Shown: positions 1 through 13,220 of the stretch, one piece after another
Numbering within the stretch: position 1 is the stretch's first letter
Layout of the letters: each line of letters opens with the position of its first letter
Assembly (NCBI RefSeq): GCF_001194135.2
Contig: NC_068991.1
Span: forward strand, 1,337,745 to 1,386,390
DNA: 48,646 nt
Source: Octopus bimaculoides
Lineage: Eukaryota
Direction: 5' to 3'
Notes under the pieces: generated by a model
What the model was told of the DNA's origin: nothing
Databases searched by the model: none
What the model saw: the letters and a program-made list of their open reading frames with translations, nothing else
Translations under genes and position numbers: made by a program

Positions 1-56
<56 letters not shown>

Positions 57-479
57 ATATAGATATGATAAAATGATTTATTAAGCAGGGATAATCAATG
101 TGGATGAAATACTGGTTAACCTCTACTAATACAAATACTCCAGGCAAACGTAAGGTTCTGTGATTGGTTTAGAATTGCAAGTATTCCTAAGGCAAGATCC
201 GATGTCGAAGTGCATCACCAGTCGACTTTGTACATCCATGGTTGCATTCCCCTGTTAATATGAGGTGCTTGCACCGAATGATACACAAGAAAGTGCATAG
301 ATGATTGAGTTTACACAATACATATACATGCATTCGTACATACATACATATGTACGCACACACACACACTCGCCCACATATATGGTTTTCTTTTGTACAT
401 ACATATGTATATATTCACGTGTATGAAGTCAGGTCGGGAATGAAATACAACTTTGAAATCCTAGAAAACCTTTGGCCAT

Positions 480-720
480 ACACTTTACTTCATTTGTTCC
501 GTTGGAAACGGCAAGAAGTGAGGATCCTTTAATGGCTGAAGACAATTCAAGAGATTGGTTAGTTGCAGAGAGAGATGTCATCTGCATAATTTATGAAACA
601 GAAGCCAAATATCACTGAGGTTGGTCGAGCTCTCAAAGCAGCAATGACAAGAAATCAGAAAGTTTAAGATCACCAGCTACAATATTCTTAAGGCCATAAC
701 CATATCACAGGGAGTTTCCT
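480..720 (-). mobile_element. Decayed non-LTR retrotransposon RT fragment (RTE-like)
   Basis: Minus-strand translation gives ...FGFCFINYADDISLCN* containing the RT catalytic YADD motif (plus strand gtcatctgcataa, ~577-589). Flanking frames are broken by stops. Confidence 0.4.
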
Positions 721-1093
721 GTCCAATTTAATAAGCTTATTACTTAAACATTGTACATACATAATTACATACATACATTCAGTTATTATTAGCCTTTTCA
801 GGAATCCTAATCACACCCGAGTGCACGTTTCCCATCCGTGTGTCGTTGCTTTACCCTTTCTCTTTTTTAGATGATATCTTTTGAAAATCATATCTTTTTG
901 TATATTCATTTTAATTATTTTATGTAATTATTGTGTGTAATATTTAAAAAAAAATTCAATACTTCCTACTATATCATCCACCTCGCTAATGTCCGATATA
1001 TAATTATGTTTGTATTCCCACTCGCTGATGTAATTATTTTTCATTCGTTTATCGTACATACGAATGGGCCCTGGTGGCAAAGAAATGAAATTG

Positions 1094-1162
<69 letters not shown>

Positions 1163-1827
1163 TAGATGTTATTAGAATTGGTTTAGCAGGAGATATAGAC
1201 CAGCTGGAGATAACAGGAACTGATAAAAAATAGTTTTTAGTGGAATATGTATCTGTTCATATATATGTATGTCTATATATATATATANNNNNNNNNNNNN
1301 NNNNNNNNNNNNNNNNNNNNNNNNNNNNNNNNNNNNNNNNNNNNNNNNNNNNNNNNNNNNNNNNNNNNNNNNNNNNNNNNNNNNNNNNNNNNNNNNNNNN
1401 NNNNNNNNNNNNNNNNNNNNNNNNNNNNNNNNNNNNNNNNNNNNNNNNNNNNNNNNNNNNNNNNNNNNNNNNNNNNNNNNNNNNNNNNNNNNNNNNNNNN
1501 NNNNNNNNNNNNNNNNNNNNNNNNNNNNNNNNNNNNNNNNNNNNNNNNNNNNNNNNNNNNNNNNNNNNNNNNNNNNNNNNNNNNNNNNNNNNNNNNNNNN
1601 NNNNNNNNNNNNNNNNNNNNNNNNNNNNNNNNNNNNNNNNNNNNNNNNNNNNNNNNNNNNNNNNNNNNNNNNNNNNNNNNNNNNNNNNNNNNNNNNNNNN
1701 NNNNNNNNNNNNNNNNNNNNNNNNNNNNNNNNNNNNNNNNNNNNNNNNNNNNNNNNNNNNNNNNNNNNNNNNNNNNNNNNNNNNNNNNNNNNNNNNNNNN
1801 NNNNNNNNNNNNNNNNNNNNNNNNNNN

Positions 1828-1897
<70 letters not shown>

Positions 1898-2259
1898 CGA
1901 TAGATAAATATAGATACATAAGCATGCAGGAATATAAGAACGCATACGCCCACCCACTTAGACACATGTAACACACTCACAAAAGCATACACACACACAC
2001 ACACATATAGCCATACATTTTTTGAATTTTAAATTAAGGAATGGTTTGAAACATTAATTGTAAGATTAAAAAGAGTTTTAGGGTAAATGGCTATTAGACA
2101 GAACTAAAATAGATAAATTTGTTTTTAAACTGCCTTATTGATCATCTGAAGTTTTCAATATTTATTTAGTTATTTATTTATTTATTCAAATTATTGATCG
2201 ATTTCTTAATCTAATTGGAAGATGTCATGCTAGATTTTATCACGTTCCTCCACAAAACC

Positions 2260-2420
2260 AGTCGACAGCCTGTAATGGGATCTTTAGGCGGTCGCCTGTG
2301 AAGCAAGAAACAACAGCCAAATCTAGCTAAAGCACACCGCCGTCTCAGATAAGAAAATCACAGCACACTAATGTCTTTATAGATACAAAAAAAGACGGGA
2401 TGGTCACAGTTGGAATGCTT
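2260..2420 (+). repeat. Family X SINE-like repeat (~200 bp, AAC-type tail), plus copy
   Basis: Motifs gcaagaaacaacagccaaatc (~2304) and gacgggatggtcacagttggaatg (~2394) recur at 14586/14695, 14903, 17482, 27731 and 46185. Confidence 0.7.
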
Positions 2421-2507
2421 ATTATTGTGATTCGTCGGGCTAAACTCGTTCACTATCACTGATATCTTATCGAAAATGTCCTTCTTTATTAGATACTGTG
2501 TAGTCCA

Positions 2508-2545
2508 ATTTGAAGAAGATTTGGCTGCTATTTCTACCAGATTAT
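2508..2545 (-). repeat. Family X fragment, inverted
   Basis: gatttggctgctatttctacc is the reverse complement of the family motif gctagaaatagcagccaaat. Confidence 0.6.
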
Positions 2546-3149
2546 GCAACCATATATAAGCTTCTCCTTCTGATGTCACCGAAACTGAAGGCGTCCCAGT
2601 TCGTTCGAAATTCGTCAATACGTCTGGCATGTCTTCACTCGGTAAAGCTTAACCCCAAATAAACTTGGTCCTGTTTTTTCCTCTTTAGTAATGCCAGATT
2701 AAGATTACAAGTGGGAGGTGTTATTGGTCACAGCTGAGCATTGTTTCATAAAATAACAGGGACAGTCCCATTTGTTATTCTGGAAGTTGTTTTGCCACAA
2801 GGGATCAATAATCGATCAGATTGATTATCAAAGCTATTCTAACCACGACTAACCCATCTTTTATTTTTCACACATCGTTTATCCACGACAACGTTTCCTA
2901 AGAATGTGTCGTTCGGTTTTGTAAGATATTTATTTTATTTATGCGACACTGTGGATGATTGCTTAGTTAAAAGATTTGCTATTCTTTGGAGTTCATTCCC
3001 ACCGTGGGGCACACTATGTAAGTTCCGTCCAGCGTTGTCAACTAAAAGCTCGTAAGTAAAATTTAGTAGACCAGCGGAAGTCAAGTGGAGGTTCTGTTTC
3101 TGGTACCTTGCGGTATTTGTTCAGTTTTTCTGTCTTCCGATTTCGAATC

Positions 3150-3320
3150 TCGTATCTAGGCATTTGTGCGGTGGTCTTAATTCATCGCCCACTTTAACAC
3201 CAACTGGTCTCTAGCTGCCTTTGTCACAGACTTTTGGGCTAGGTCTTCCGTTTAAGGAAATTCTCCTCACTCTCTTCCAACAATCCGTGAGGCCATGCGA
3301 AGACTCGTCTCTCGTATAGG
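3150..3320. repeat. Dispersed repeat family E, copy 1
   Basis: Aligns by eye with 4600-4770 (cgtttaagga...caaca...gaggcc...aagactc...atagg). Confidence 0.55.
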
Positions 3321-4459
3321 CACTTCTTTTCCCCCTAGGGTTAGGGTCATGGTTAGGTTCTCTTCTGATTTCAACATTGGAACCAGATCATCTAATCTGT
3401 AGAATATTATCTCTTCTTTTTCTGCCACCAACCCCAAGGAAGCTGGAAATGGTGACAGGCTCTGCCTTTCCTCTTATCATCAGACGATAAAATATAATCA
3501 ACTAAGACAAAAATGTATAACTCTCGTATTTCTTTTCAACACAACCATGTGAATATATCGATGAATATTTATAAAACATAGGTTGTCCTGTGGTTATATT
3601 TAATGTCTGTATTTAATGTCCACATTACATAAACGTTATTTAATGTTTATTCAACGTGGACATGCCGTGGATGGAGATAAAAGAAACAACACAACATTGC
3701 TATCTATACTTGTTTCATATTTGAATATTGATGTTTTCATACGGTTTACATTTTAATATATATATTTTGATGTAGTATACACCGTAATATATTTTTATAC
3801 AGTTTGCACCAAAGTATATATTTTGGTATAGTTCACATCATAATAAACAGTTTTGTTTATAATCTCTATCAGAAATACTTTATGTTTTCCGAAGACTCGG
3901 TGTACTAATGCTTTCTCTGCAGCATCGAATACTTTCTCTCATCAATCTCCTTTCGATCCATTCCACTGTTACATTAACTCACAACCTCTCACTATGCACG
4001 CCCTCATTCTCCTGACATTGCCTATAAATTTACACATAAACCACCGCTAATGTATACGTATAACGTACCCATGTGTGTTTGATATACTGATTAAATTCAG
4101 ACAATGTGATAATTCTTAAATGATTATTTTATAGAGATTCTATTTTGTTAAGCATGTAATTATCTTTAATGGCGGCCCAGACTGAACAGTGTATAACATG
4201 AACTGAAATAAAATTGTGTGTCATGATACAGTTTATAAGACCGTGTTTAGAAATGTAATTGGAGAGCTTACCATTCGGATTACAGGAATATATTAGCTTT
4301 CACGAAGAAAGCAGAAACGGTAGAGAGCACAAGAGTGAAGATCCTGAAGTATTCTTTTAAATTCTTTGTTCAAATTAAGCCCGATTCGATATTTGACTTT
4401 CTCTTATAATGTTTAACTGAAGCAGCGCATTGCTAGACATGTGAGAGCGTCGGTTTATT

Positions 4460-4545
4460 GCTTTCTGAGTTCAACGATGCCGAGACCTACTTTGCTTGGT
4501 ATTTTTTCGAGATCGATAAATAAAGTACTAGTCTTAGGTATCGGA
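4460..4545 (+). mobile_element. Family A SINE, decayed fragment
   Basis: ctgagttcaacgatgccgagacctactttgc...gatcgataaataaagtactagt matches the reverse complement of the better-preserved copies at 23006-23217 and 45493-45708. Confidence 0.5.
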
Positions 4546-4599
4546 CTATTGTAAGAACATCCGATGTGATGGTTTGCAGTAATCGTTCATTTTCTTCTG

Positions 4600-4770
4600 A
4601 CTTCAAACCCAACCGTGACCTACTTGTGTGGTGCACCTATTTCGTTGCTCACTTTAGTACCATCCTTGGGCCTTGGACACCGTTCTTATAAGCGTTCAGG
4701 TCTCTCGTTTAAGGAGGCAATCTCCCCACCTCAACAGTCGCAGAGGCCGTGTAAAGACTCATAGGATTTG
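4600..4770. repeat. Dispersed repeat family E, copy 2
   Basis: Same-orientation diverged homologue of 3150-3320. Confidence 0.55.
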
Positions 4771-5351
4771 TTCTCCTTCCTCTTGACTAAATGATGAAAT
4801 AATTTTCTTTACAGTCTGAGTTCGAATCCCACCTAATTCGGCTTTGCCTTTCGCATGCAGTATTGGGGTATGCCCCTGGAGGATCCTGAGAGCGATCTGA
4901 AGGAGAAAGAAGATGGCTCAGCAGGGGAAGTATGCAGAAGTACGGAGATGGAGCGCTCCTTTAACGCCGATTTCTTCCAGCGTTGAATTGCAATTATCCA
5001 TGGTTGTTCTTGGGGATTGCAAAGTAGAGAAGTGGTTTCCCGTTGCCTTCTTTACCGCAACTTAAGGGCCGCGTGTAGGGTTACCAGAATGCCCGCCACT
5101 AAGTCCAAGAGAGGACTCCACTGCGTTAAAAATTGTATTTTTACACTTTTTACTATAAGCGAGAATTTTTTCTTGGTAAACCGTAGTATAAATGCCTTTA
5201 GAAGTTAAAATATGTCACAGACATATTTGAAATAATCTGATGTTGGTTGATGTACACACACACACACACGTCTTTCTGCATTCATATATAAATATACATG
5301 TTTGTATATATGAACGTATGTCTCTGTGTGTAAATGTGCGAGTGTTTAAAA

Positions 5352-5425
<74 letters not shown>

Positions 5426-5734
5426 GCGAAGCAATGAGTTATGTGTATACATACTAATAATTTAGATTTGCGACCGATTTGGCAGTTATTAATGCTATCC
5501 AATGCATGTAAAATGTTTGGATTTCCCAAGAGAAAATGCAATACACATTCTATTTCTCAATCGCTTTCTCTCTCTCTTCTTTTCTGTGTGTGTGTAAATA
5601 TGTATGTATATAATATGCATATACACATATATATGTTCTTATATATATGTGTGTATGTGCATATGAATATAAATGAATATAATGTGCATATGAATATAAA
5701 TGTGTATGTGCATATGAATGCGCGTCTAGGAAGC

Positions 5735-5775
<41 letters not shown>

Positions 5776-6494
5776 AAGATAGATGTGTGTATACATATGT
5801 ATATATAGACACTTGGTATCTACTATTCTATACATTTAGAAATGAATCAATCCTTGTCGCTCTCATTCTGTCATTCACTCTCTCTCTCGCTCCGTATCAA
5901 TCTATCAAATATTTCGAGGTCTTTTCATTTTCTTTATACCTACTCCCATGCATATTTACTTACATCCACACACGCACGCACAAATATATCTGTCTCTCTA
6001 CACACAAACAGACACACATACACGCACACATATATCGCTGTTTCTTCATACACATACGCATATACATATCTTTATCTCTCTCTACACACACACATATATA
6101 CACAAACATACAAATTCCCAAATATATATAATAATTTTATTAACGTCTGCTCGCTCGCTTTATTAATCTCTTTCCATCTTTCTGATCATCTCGAAACTAG
6201 TTTCAAGCAGAAGAGAAAGACGGAGGAGACGGATAGACAAAACTGTAAATTCGACGTTTCTGAATTAATTTATTGACCTCTACTCTAGCACAAGTATCGA
6301 TTGATTAATCTAGAACATTTATGTCTTTTTCCTGTCAACAACGACACACACACACACACACACACACACGTATATATATACATACATACACACACATATG
6401 CATACACACATACTCACACACACAGGTGTATGTGTATCCATCCATCCATCCATGCGTACATCCATACATACATGCATACAGACGTGGTCATATA

Positions 6495-6626
6495 TTAAGA
6501 AATTTACTTCCCATCCAAATGGTTCTGCGTTCAGTTCCACAGCATGGTACCTTGGGCAAGAGTCTTTTTCCACTGCCTCAGGCCTTGTGAGTGCATTTCG
6601 TAGACGCAGATTAAGAGAAGTCCGTC

Positions 6627-6630
<4 letters not shown>
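6495..6630 (+). mobile_element. Family B SINE 5' half, running into (AT)n and an assembly gap
   Basis: aatttacttcccatccaaatggttctgcgttcagttccacagcatggtaccttgggcaag...agaagtccgtcg. An inverted head copy is at 31945-32005 and the aagcccgtcg junction also occurs at ~30387. Confidence 0.7.
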
Positions 6631-6667
<37 letters not shown>

Positions 6668-7559
6668 AAGAAGCATTAGGTATNNNNNNNNNNNNNNNNN
6701 NNNNNNNNNNNNNNNNNNNNNNNNNNNNNNNNNNNNNNNNNNNNNNNNNNNNNNNNNNNNNNNNNNNNNNNNNNNNNNNNNNNNNNNNNNNNNNNNNNNN
6801 NNNNNNNNNNNNNNNNNNNNNNNNNNNNNNNNNNNNNNNNNNNNNNNNNNNNNNNNNNNNNNNNNNNNNNNNNNNNNNNNNNNNNNNNNNNNNNNNNNNN
6901 NNNNNNNNNNNNNNNNNNNNNNNNNNNNNNNNNNNNNNNNNNNNNNNNNNNNNNNNNNNNNNNNNNNNNNNNNNNNNNNNNNNNNNNNNNNNNNNNNNNN
7001 NNNNNNNNNNNNNNNNNNNNNNNNNNNNNNNNNNNNNNNNNNNNNNNNNNNNNNNNNNNNNNNNNNNNNNNNNNNNNNNNNNNNNNNNNNNNNNNNNNNN
7101 NNNNNNNNNNNNNNNNNNNNNNNNNNNNNNNNNNNNNNNNNNNNNNNNNNNNNNNNNNNNNNNNNNNNNNNNNNNNNNNNNNNNNNNNNNNNNNNNNNNN
7201 NNNNNNNNNNNNNNNNNNNNNNNNNNNNNNNNNNNNNNNNNNNNNNNNNNNNNNNNTAAGCTTTTCGTAAAAGTTTTGTTCTCTGCATTTTTCGTGGTTT
7301 GATGCACTTTAGTGTAAATGGACTACGGTGGTGAGCACCCGAAATGGCCATAGATATATGTGAATGTTGGATTTGACCGGAGATATCTGTTTATTATGAA
7401 CTTTGAACGTACTAGGAGTAAGACTTTTTTCAAGATGTACGTGAATTTAACCTGTGGAAGTTGGCTTACTTATGAACTATGGACGTACCTGTGTCAGGGA
7501 AGTAAAATATTTTTTTAAATATTAAAAAAAAAAAAAATTTTTGATAATTAAAAAAAAAA

Positions 7560-7950
7560 TATTTTAATCGTCAGATAAAATCTTTTTAGTCGTTGGACAC
7601 TTATTTCATTTTATCTTTATTTTATATTTGTCCAGTAGGCTTTTGATAGTTTTAAATTTTTTGTCGTTATATGTAACTTTTGATAAGATGTTCTATTTGT
7701 ATTTTATTAGGATATATTTTTACATTCTATGATTTTATGTATATGTATTATTTTTTTATGTGTTTGTAGATCATGGCGTTTTTTATGTATGATTAAATGT
7801 TTGACGGGTGGTGTTGCATGTAATGTGGTTGACCCAAATTTAATGTTTGTTCTATAACCAATGCTTCATTATTTTCGTCTCATTTATATTTGAGCGCCTT
7901 TTTTGTAGTCCTATAAACCATTTTGTTTCTATTAGAGACAAATATTATTT
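7560..7950 (-). mobile_element. Possible highly decayed Penelope-like GIY-YIG region
   Basis: Minus frames give NAMIYK...YIYIKS and LSKAYW, resembling the PLE endonuclease pattern (VIYKA...YIG...LSKxIW). There are many stops and the sequence is very AT-rich. Confidence 0.3.
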
Positions 7951-7974
7951 CTTGTTTTTACACACACGCGTACA

Positions 7975-8185
7975 TGTTTGTGGGTGTATGTCCTCTCTAC
8001 CCACCATCACTACTTGACAACCGATGTTGGTGTCTTTACTTCCCCCGTAACGTACCAAAAAGAGGCCGATAGAATAAATACCAGGCTTGAAAATGTACTG
8101 TAGTTGATTCGTTCGACTTAAATTCAAGACGGTGCCCCAGCATGGCCGCAGTCTAATGACTGTAACAAGTGAAAGATAAAATATC
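7975..8185 (+). mobile_element. Family B SINE 3' half (plus)
   Basis: cttgacaaccgatgttggtg...gatagaataa...cagcatggccgcagtctaatgactgtaacaagt, homologous to 8436-8635 (inverted) and 30420-30590. Confidence 0.8.
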
Positions 8186-8435
8186 TATCTATCTATTTAC
8201 AACATATACTTAATGTATACACCTGAGTTTATTTGCCACTGGGCTGCGAATTGGCGCGGTGGAGAACACTCTCTTAAAGTGCCGGATATTTTAACACAGA
8301 ACATATCTGTTAAGTGTATGTAGTTGATAATGTTTTTTTTATCCCAGTAGCGCTGCTTCTATTCTGTATTTGAATATTTGAATGTATACACACACACATA
8401 CACACACACACACATACACACACGCACACACATAT

Positions 8436-8635
8436 ATTCTTTTACTTGTTTTTCACATGACTGCGGCCATGCTAGGGCACAGCCGTTAGCCGAGAAAATC
8501 GACCCCAGGACTTATTCTTTGTAAGCTTAGTACATATTCGATCGTTCTCTTTTGTCGAGCTGCTAAGTTACGGGATGTAAACACCATCATCGGTTGTCAA
8601 GCGATGCTGGGGTGGGGGACAAACACAGACACAAA
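8436..8635 (-). mobile_element. Family B SINE 3' half (minus)
   Basis: cttttacttgttt...gactgcggccatgctag...catcggttgtcaagcgatg is the reverse complement of the 7975-8185 copy. Confidence 0.8.
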
Positions 8636-9221
8636 AATCATGTGTACTGTAGTAGATAGCTGTGTGGTGAAGAAATCTACTTTGAAACTGAGCTTCTTTT
8701 GACGTCTGATAGTATTTTTAAAGCTGTTTGAAATCTGTTTCCATAACTGACTTCCATTTATGATGCTCCGCATCTTAGAGATTCTTCTTTTCCTGGACTT
8801 AGTAATGTCTCGTCAATGGAAACTGCAAAATCCTTTAGTCATACTGCTGCTACTACTACTACAACTTTCTTTTCCTCCTCGTCTCTCCCGCTCTCTCAAA
8901 CACATTTTATTCTTTTACTCTTACAATCATTGTAATGCAGGGTGGGGGGCGTGGTGCACTGGTTTCATGAGTTTAATCTTTTATACGATTCTGGTCTTGA
9001 ATATACATTTTACCTAACTTTAATTGTCGAACCGCTACGTTATAACATAAAACGACAGCAAAACTAAAACGAATCACACACACATACGCACACACATACA
9101 CACACTCACACACTCTAGCACGCTCACAGTGACAAGTTTTTCAAATTTTAGGTGCACTTTCAACAACAAATTTGCCTATATTTTCTCCTACGTGGAAACA
9201 GCCCCCCCTCTTTTGTATATA

Positions 9222-9266
<45 letters not shown>

Positions 9267-9394
9267 ACACATGAGGTTAGTTATTTATGTTAAACGATGA
9301 TCAAAGAGTTGAAATAAGATCTGATCAATATTTTATAAAATTATTGAAATCATTTTACTCTCAATAAATATATTGAAACTAACGCAATCTTTCC

Positions 9395-10050
9395 TTCGTA
9401 GTTTGAAATGAAGTCAGGTGTAAGTCAAAGATGCATTCTTTTCCTTTGTTTAACATCTATGCAGATATAATGAGATAAAAAAAAGAAGCATTAGGAAAAC
9501 ACAATTTCGTATTTGAATTTAAGTACGATGTTACTAACCGGATATATTACCACAATTGTAAAAGATACAGTTAACGTCGATAAAAGAATGTTCATCAATG
9601 CCCGATATACCTATCATATTGTCATTATTATCGGAGAAGAAATTGAAAACAAATAAGAGAAAAATGTGTTTTATTCATTTGTCTATACTAAACCGAATTA
9701 ATTAAATATTATCTTAGGAATATATGACGAAGTTAATTCTATAATAGCTGATAATTAAACTGTCAAAGTGTCGAATTTTGAATTCTGATATGTTAGAAAT
9801 ATTATTTCAAATCAACGCGAACGCGATGACAGCAAAAAGATAAGAGGAATAACTTTAAAACTAAAACTCTGCTCTTATCACTGAACTTCATTTGATAAAA
9901 TCCATCAATATATACAAAAGCCATATTGGAATTGCTACGCGCTGTGATATTTCCAGGAACTGAAATGGCTTATAGAAAGCCTAGCTTCTACGGTGAATGT
10001 TTTAGAAAATTAAGAAATAACCAGACAATGTTTGTATGCATTGGTTCATC
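9395..10050 (+). mobile_element. Decayed RTE-clade LINE RT fragment
   Basis: FEMKSGVSQRCIL then a frameshift to FNIYADIMR (~9403-9477) resembles the RTE motif GVRQGCILSPxLFNIYAExIMR. Downstream LLRAVIFP resembles the RTE C-terminal LLRALVFP. Confidence 0.55.
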
Positions 10051-11769
10051 TTAGGCATTAACCCCTGTAAAAACTTTAAATATTTTTAGCATATCGTAAG
10101 GGCAGGCGGTTTGCAAGAAGTACTGGTCGTTGAAGCAACCCATGGGAAATGACTAGGGGGAACATATAGAAAGAAAAAAAACTACATTGGCAACAGGATT
10201 GAACTTATGTGAGCAATTTCTATTTTAGTATTTGTAAGATTGTTCACTTGGTTCGTTTCTGACGATAACAAAACACCGCTACAGGGCGATAAATTGTCCT
10301 TTCATTCTGAAGATGAGATGGATATAAGAAAATTGTCCCAAACAAAATACTAAGGATAAATAATGATCTATCAAATATTTTTAATAAAAAATATTGAAGT
10401 GGCGAAATAGTCATGTCTTCAATATAACATATTTGAAAGAAAATCTGTACTCTATACATGCGCTTTCTTATTCACATTTATGTATGAATGTAAAGATGTA
10501 CATTAGTAATGACAGCAAGAGGGCGCAATAGGTAAGAGTAGAGAGAAAGGAGAGAGAGAGAGAGTGGTAGAGAGAGAACATGAAAGAGTAAAAATGTAAC
10601 AAGCGGAACCATCACGTTATTTATTTTTTTTTGTTAGTTCGCATCAAATGTAGACAATATATCGAGTTGCACATCTCGCTCTTGTAAACATACATTGGCT
10701 TTTCGCAGTTCTAATTTACATACACTTTATATATGTATACACACAAATATCTATGTAAATGTATGGTGGATATACAAATGTGTGTGTATCTATCTATCTG
10801 TCTGTCTCTATATATAAATCTATATATATGCATATATATATACGTATACATACATACGTTACGTACGTACATGCGCATATATATACATATATGCGCATGC
10901 ACGCACACATACAAAAACATACATACACATACATTCGCAGAATTATATATAGATAGGTATACATATATACACACACACACACACATATATTTACATATGT
11001 ATGTATGTATCTATCTATCTATATATGTATATATATATATATATATAGTTCAAAAAAACAATAACAAAAAAACAAAAAAACAACAAAGTGAGGACGTGAT
11101 ATGGATAGTATTATTGGACGCTCAGGAAAGGAAAGAGAGAGTAGAGAGAGAGAGAGAGAGAGATGGATAGGTAGGTATATATAAATGTATGTATGTATGT
11201 ATGTATGTATGTATGCATGCAGGACGCCTGACAACAGATCTGGCTGTTGTTGTTAGTTAAGTAAAAAAAAAAAAGATTCCCGTCGAAATGAGGCTGTCAC
11301 GTATGTCTTTTGTGAGCAATGGCCAGAGCAAGGTAGGAAAGTGATTGATAACTGGATTCAGTCAAGCTATATTGATCAAATAGGTTGGCCGTATTGATTG
11401 ATTGATCTGACTGCATTTACCAGCTTCTTTATTTTTATGATGAGCTCTGTGGGTGTACGATACGGTATCTCCAAATCGATAATGTATAGAAAGAAGGATC
11501 ATATACATCCGTAAAGTAACATTACCGTCAACCATCAGGAAAATATATACTGTGACTAATGAATCCGCTCGGTTCAAAGTGACATGTGTATGTTTCCTTT
11601 TTCATAAGATTCACTGCCAGTTATAATGGCAATGGTGTTCAGATAAATCAAGACGATGGCGACAATGATGGTGATGATGATGATGATGTTCTAGCTGGCG
11701 GAATCTTTAGAGTGTCAATCAACTCAATTCTTCGCGATTTGAGTTCAATTCTTCGTGTGGAAGTAAACT

Positions 11770-12090
11770 TTGTCTATCACCCTTTCGTGTCCGATAAAAT
11801 GAAGTACCAGTCAAGTACTGGCATCAATAGAATTGACAAATCCCTCATCTGGAAGTTTTTAGAAACCGTTATCGTTATTGACAGAATCGAACAAAATGAT
11901 TAGCACGATTTGTTCCGACTCTTGACATTCTGATTTGAAACCTCTGATCGATATAAAAGAAGTACCAGTCAGTTTCTGGGGGCAAGGTAATCAACATACT
12001 CTTCTCTTCAGAATCGATGGCTTTGTGCCAAATTAGAATAAGTACCAGTTGACGACTGGGGTCGATGTAATCGATTTAACCCGCCCCTAT
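11770..12090 (+). mobile_element. Cluster of Family A/B SINE 3' fragments
   Basis: Repeated gataaaatgaagtaccagtcaagtactgg (~11793), aagaagtaccagtcagtttctgggg (~11958) and gaataagtaccagttgacgactggggtcgatgtaatcga (~12037). Confidence 0.55.
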
Positions 12091-12109
12091 AGTAGATTCT
12101 TCTTCTTGA

Positions 12110-12615
12110 GTGAGCAGTGCATGCCATCAAAGTGAGACAGGTAAAATATACGAAACGCAGTATACCCATCAACACTACCCGTCTGATAAAGGTACACCAG
12201 GCACATGTATTACAACCATAGGTGCACGACATGGTGCAAGATAAACAGCGCATGACCTTACAGGTGGGAGTTCAGTTCAAATTTTCTTCCGGTCGAGTAG
12301 CCCATCCTGCTCAAAAGCTCTCTGAATGAGGGTTGTTTAAGGATGTTGAACGAAACACCCATGTTTCCAAAGGTGAATTATTCAAACTCCCAAAGAATAC
12401 TCTCTACTACTTCTGCTCATGATCAGAGATGCACATATCATCAGCCACCAAGGGACATACTCAACTGATTAAGGTCAAACAACTGACAAACAAATCTTTG
12501 GTATTGAGCAGAATATTTGCCGTAACCCATCTTTTATACCAAGACAAAACAATGTACATGATACCACTTCCAATTAGTTAAGATCAGAAGCCACGAGAGC
12601 CACTGCCTGGTACTG
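12110..12615 (+). repeat. Family D long dispersed repeat (~500 bp)
   Basis: Its first ~135 bp (agcagtgcatgccatcaaagtg...cccgtctgataaaggtacaccaggcacatg...gataaacagcg) recur inverted at 22191-22315. Confidence 0.75.
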
Positions 12616-12789
12616 GTTTTCCTTGTATACGTTGTGAATGAAATGCCTGTGATCTTATATGATGTCTATATATATTACCTCAGAGTTGGAGCTTTCGCTA
12701 TCCCTGTCGTTTGTCTCACTTTTTGATCAGTGACAAAGCTCTGTTTAACATAATCTCAGTCACAGGATCCAAGTTAATAGATGAAAGCG

Positions 12790-12950
12790 AGTACTTGCTT
12801 CAAAACTTACTGAAACGAAGCAGATGAAACGTAAAGCCGATTCTGTTCAGGTTCGAACTCGTAGCTCAAAGAAGTATAAGCCAGCGGTGTAAAGTATTTA
12901 GTTACACTTTGTACTGTTTCTGCTATGAATTGACCTCGTAATGATAAGCT
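12790..12950 (-). mobile_element. Old Family A SINE copy
   Basis: Minus strand ctacgagttcgaacctgaacagaatcggctttacgtttcatc carries a B-box-like GTTCGAA and follows the family pattern gagttcaaattccgccgaggtcgattttgcctttc. Confidence 0.5.
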
Positions 12951-13184
12951 CAGCCTTGGGCAACAAAGTTGTTTGAAGAGCTGTGAGCGAGGTAACAAGA
13001 GACTTTTCACGTAAACTTTATAGCAGTGTATACATATGTGCGTGTGTGTGTATGTATGTGTCTGTGTGTGTGTGTGCAAATTTTGACATTAAAATTTTGG
13101 CGAAACGAGATAGTTATCTTGTAAGTCGATTTTATCATGACAATAATGATGATGGTGATGAAAATAACATCAACAACAGCAACA

Positions 13185-13220
<36 letters not shown>

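Noticed and set aside
3336-3357. Interstitial telomere
   Set aside because: There are only about three imperfect TTAGGG units.
4860-5200. GC-richer segment with plus frame WGMPLEDPESDLKEKEDG...
   Set aside because: It is short, starts at a truncated SINE, and is more likely an unassigned LINE remnant. I could not establish a motif.
12811-12980. Minus-strand exon with good splice sites (ctcgctcacag / gtaagt) and an open frame
   Set aside because: The sequence aligns to a decayed Family A SINE, and the peptide is unrecognisable. SINE exonisation cannot be excluded without RNA data.
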